18,075 nucleotides of DNA, from assembly GCA_018985225.1 (NCBI GenBank), contig JADGIF010000133.1:1-18075 (forward strand), in the 5' to 3' direction. This DNA comes from Amoeboradix gromovi X-113 (Eukaryota; Fungi; Sanchytriomycota). The stretch's first letter is position 1, and every line of letters starts with the position of its first letter. The notes under the pieces are model-generated. The model searched no databases, had not been told where the DNA came from, and saw only the letters and a list, made by a program, of their open reading frames with translations. Both the position numbers and the translations under genes were made by a program. Below are positions 18,074-18,075 of this stretch, piece by piece.

Positions 18074-18075
18074 CT

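Noticed and set aside
1-18075. CRISPR array / Cas12 interpretation, or stop-codon reassignment
   Set aside because: There is no repeat-spacer array and the context is eukaryotic. TAA, TAG and TGA all end conserved genes, and the split ORFs are explained by introns.

Overview
AT-rich, very gene-dense eukaryotic DNA. The gene set suggests a fungus-like organism (inference), and it uses the standard genetic code. The housekeeping core encodes a TBC Rab-GAP, Sec10, mitochondrial S8, a Nem1-like phosphatase, Vps16, NC2-beta, a PP1/PPZ-type phosphatase, a small SET protein, a pseudokinase and CLPTM1. It also holds a U2 snRNA gene that the ORF track misses (~3739-3928). Two genes are split by 19- and 20-nt GT-AG introns. 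The window contains five Fanzor (eukaryotic TnpB-like RNA-guided nuclease) pieces: (i) one intact 685-aa Fanzor1 (1460-3517, minus strand), followed by a structured omegaRNA candidate; (ii) three pieces of a second Fanzor1 family (1-233, ~820-1108, 17464-18075), two of which share an 84-bp 3' end that delimits the likely omegaRNA and element boundary; (iii) a frameshifted Fanzor2 relic (~12491-12767) next to a foldback/MITE-like element. No transposase is visible. All alignments and RNA structures were derived by eye.
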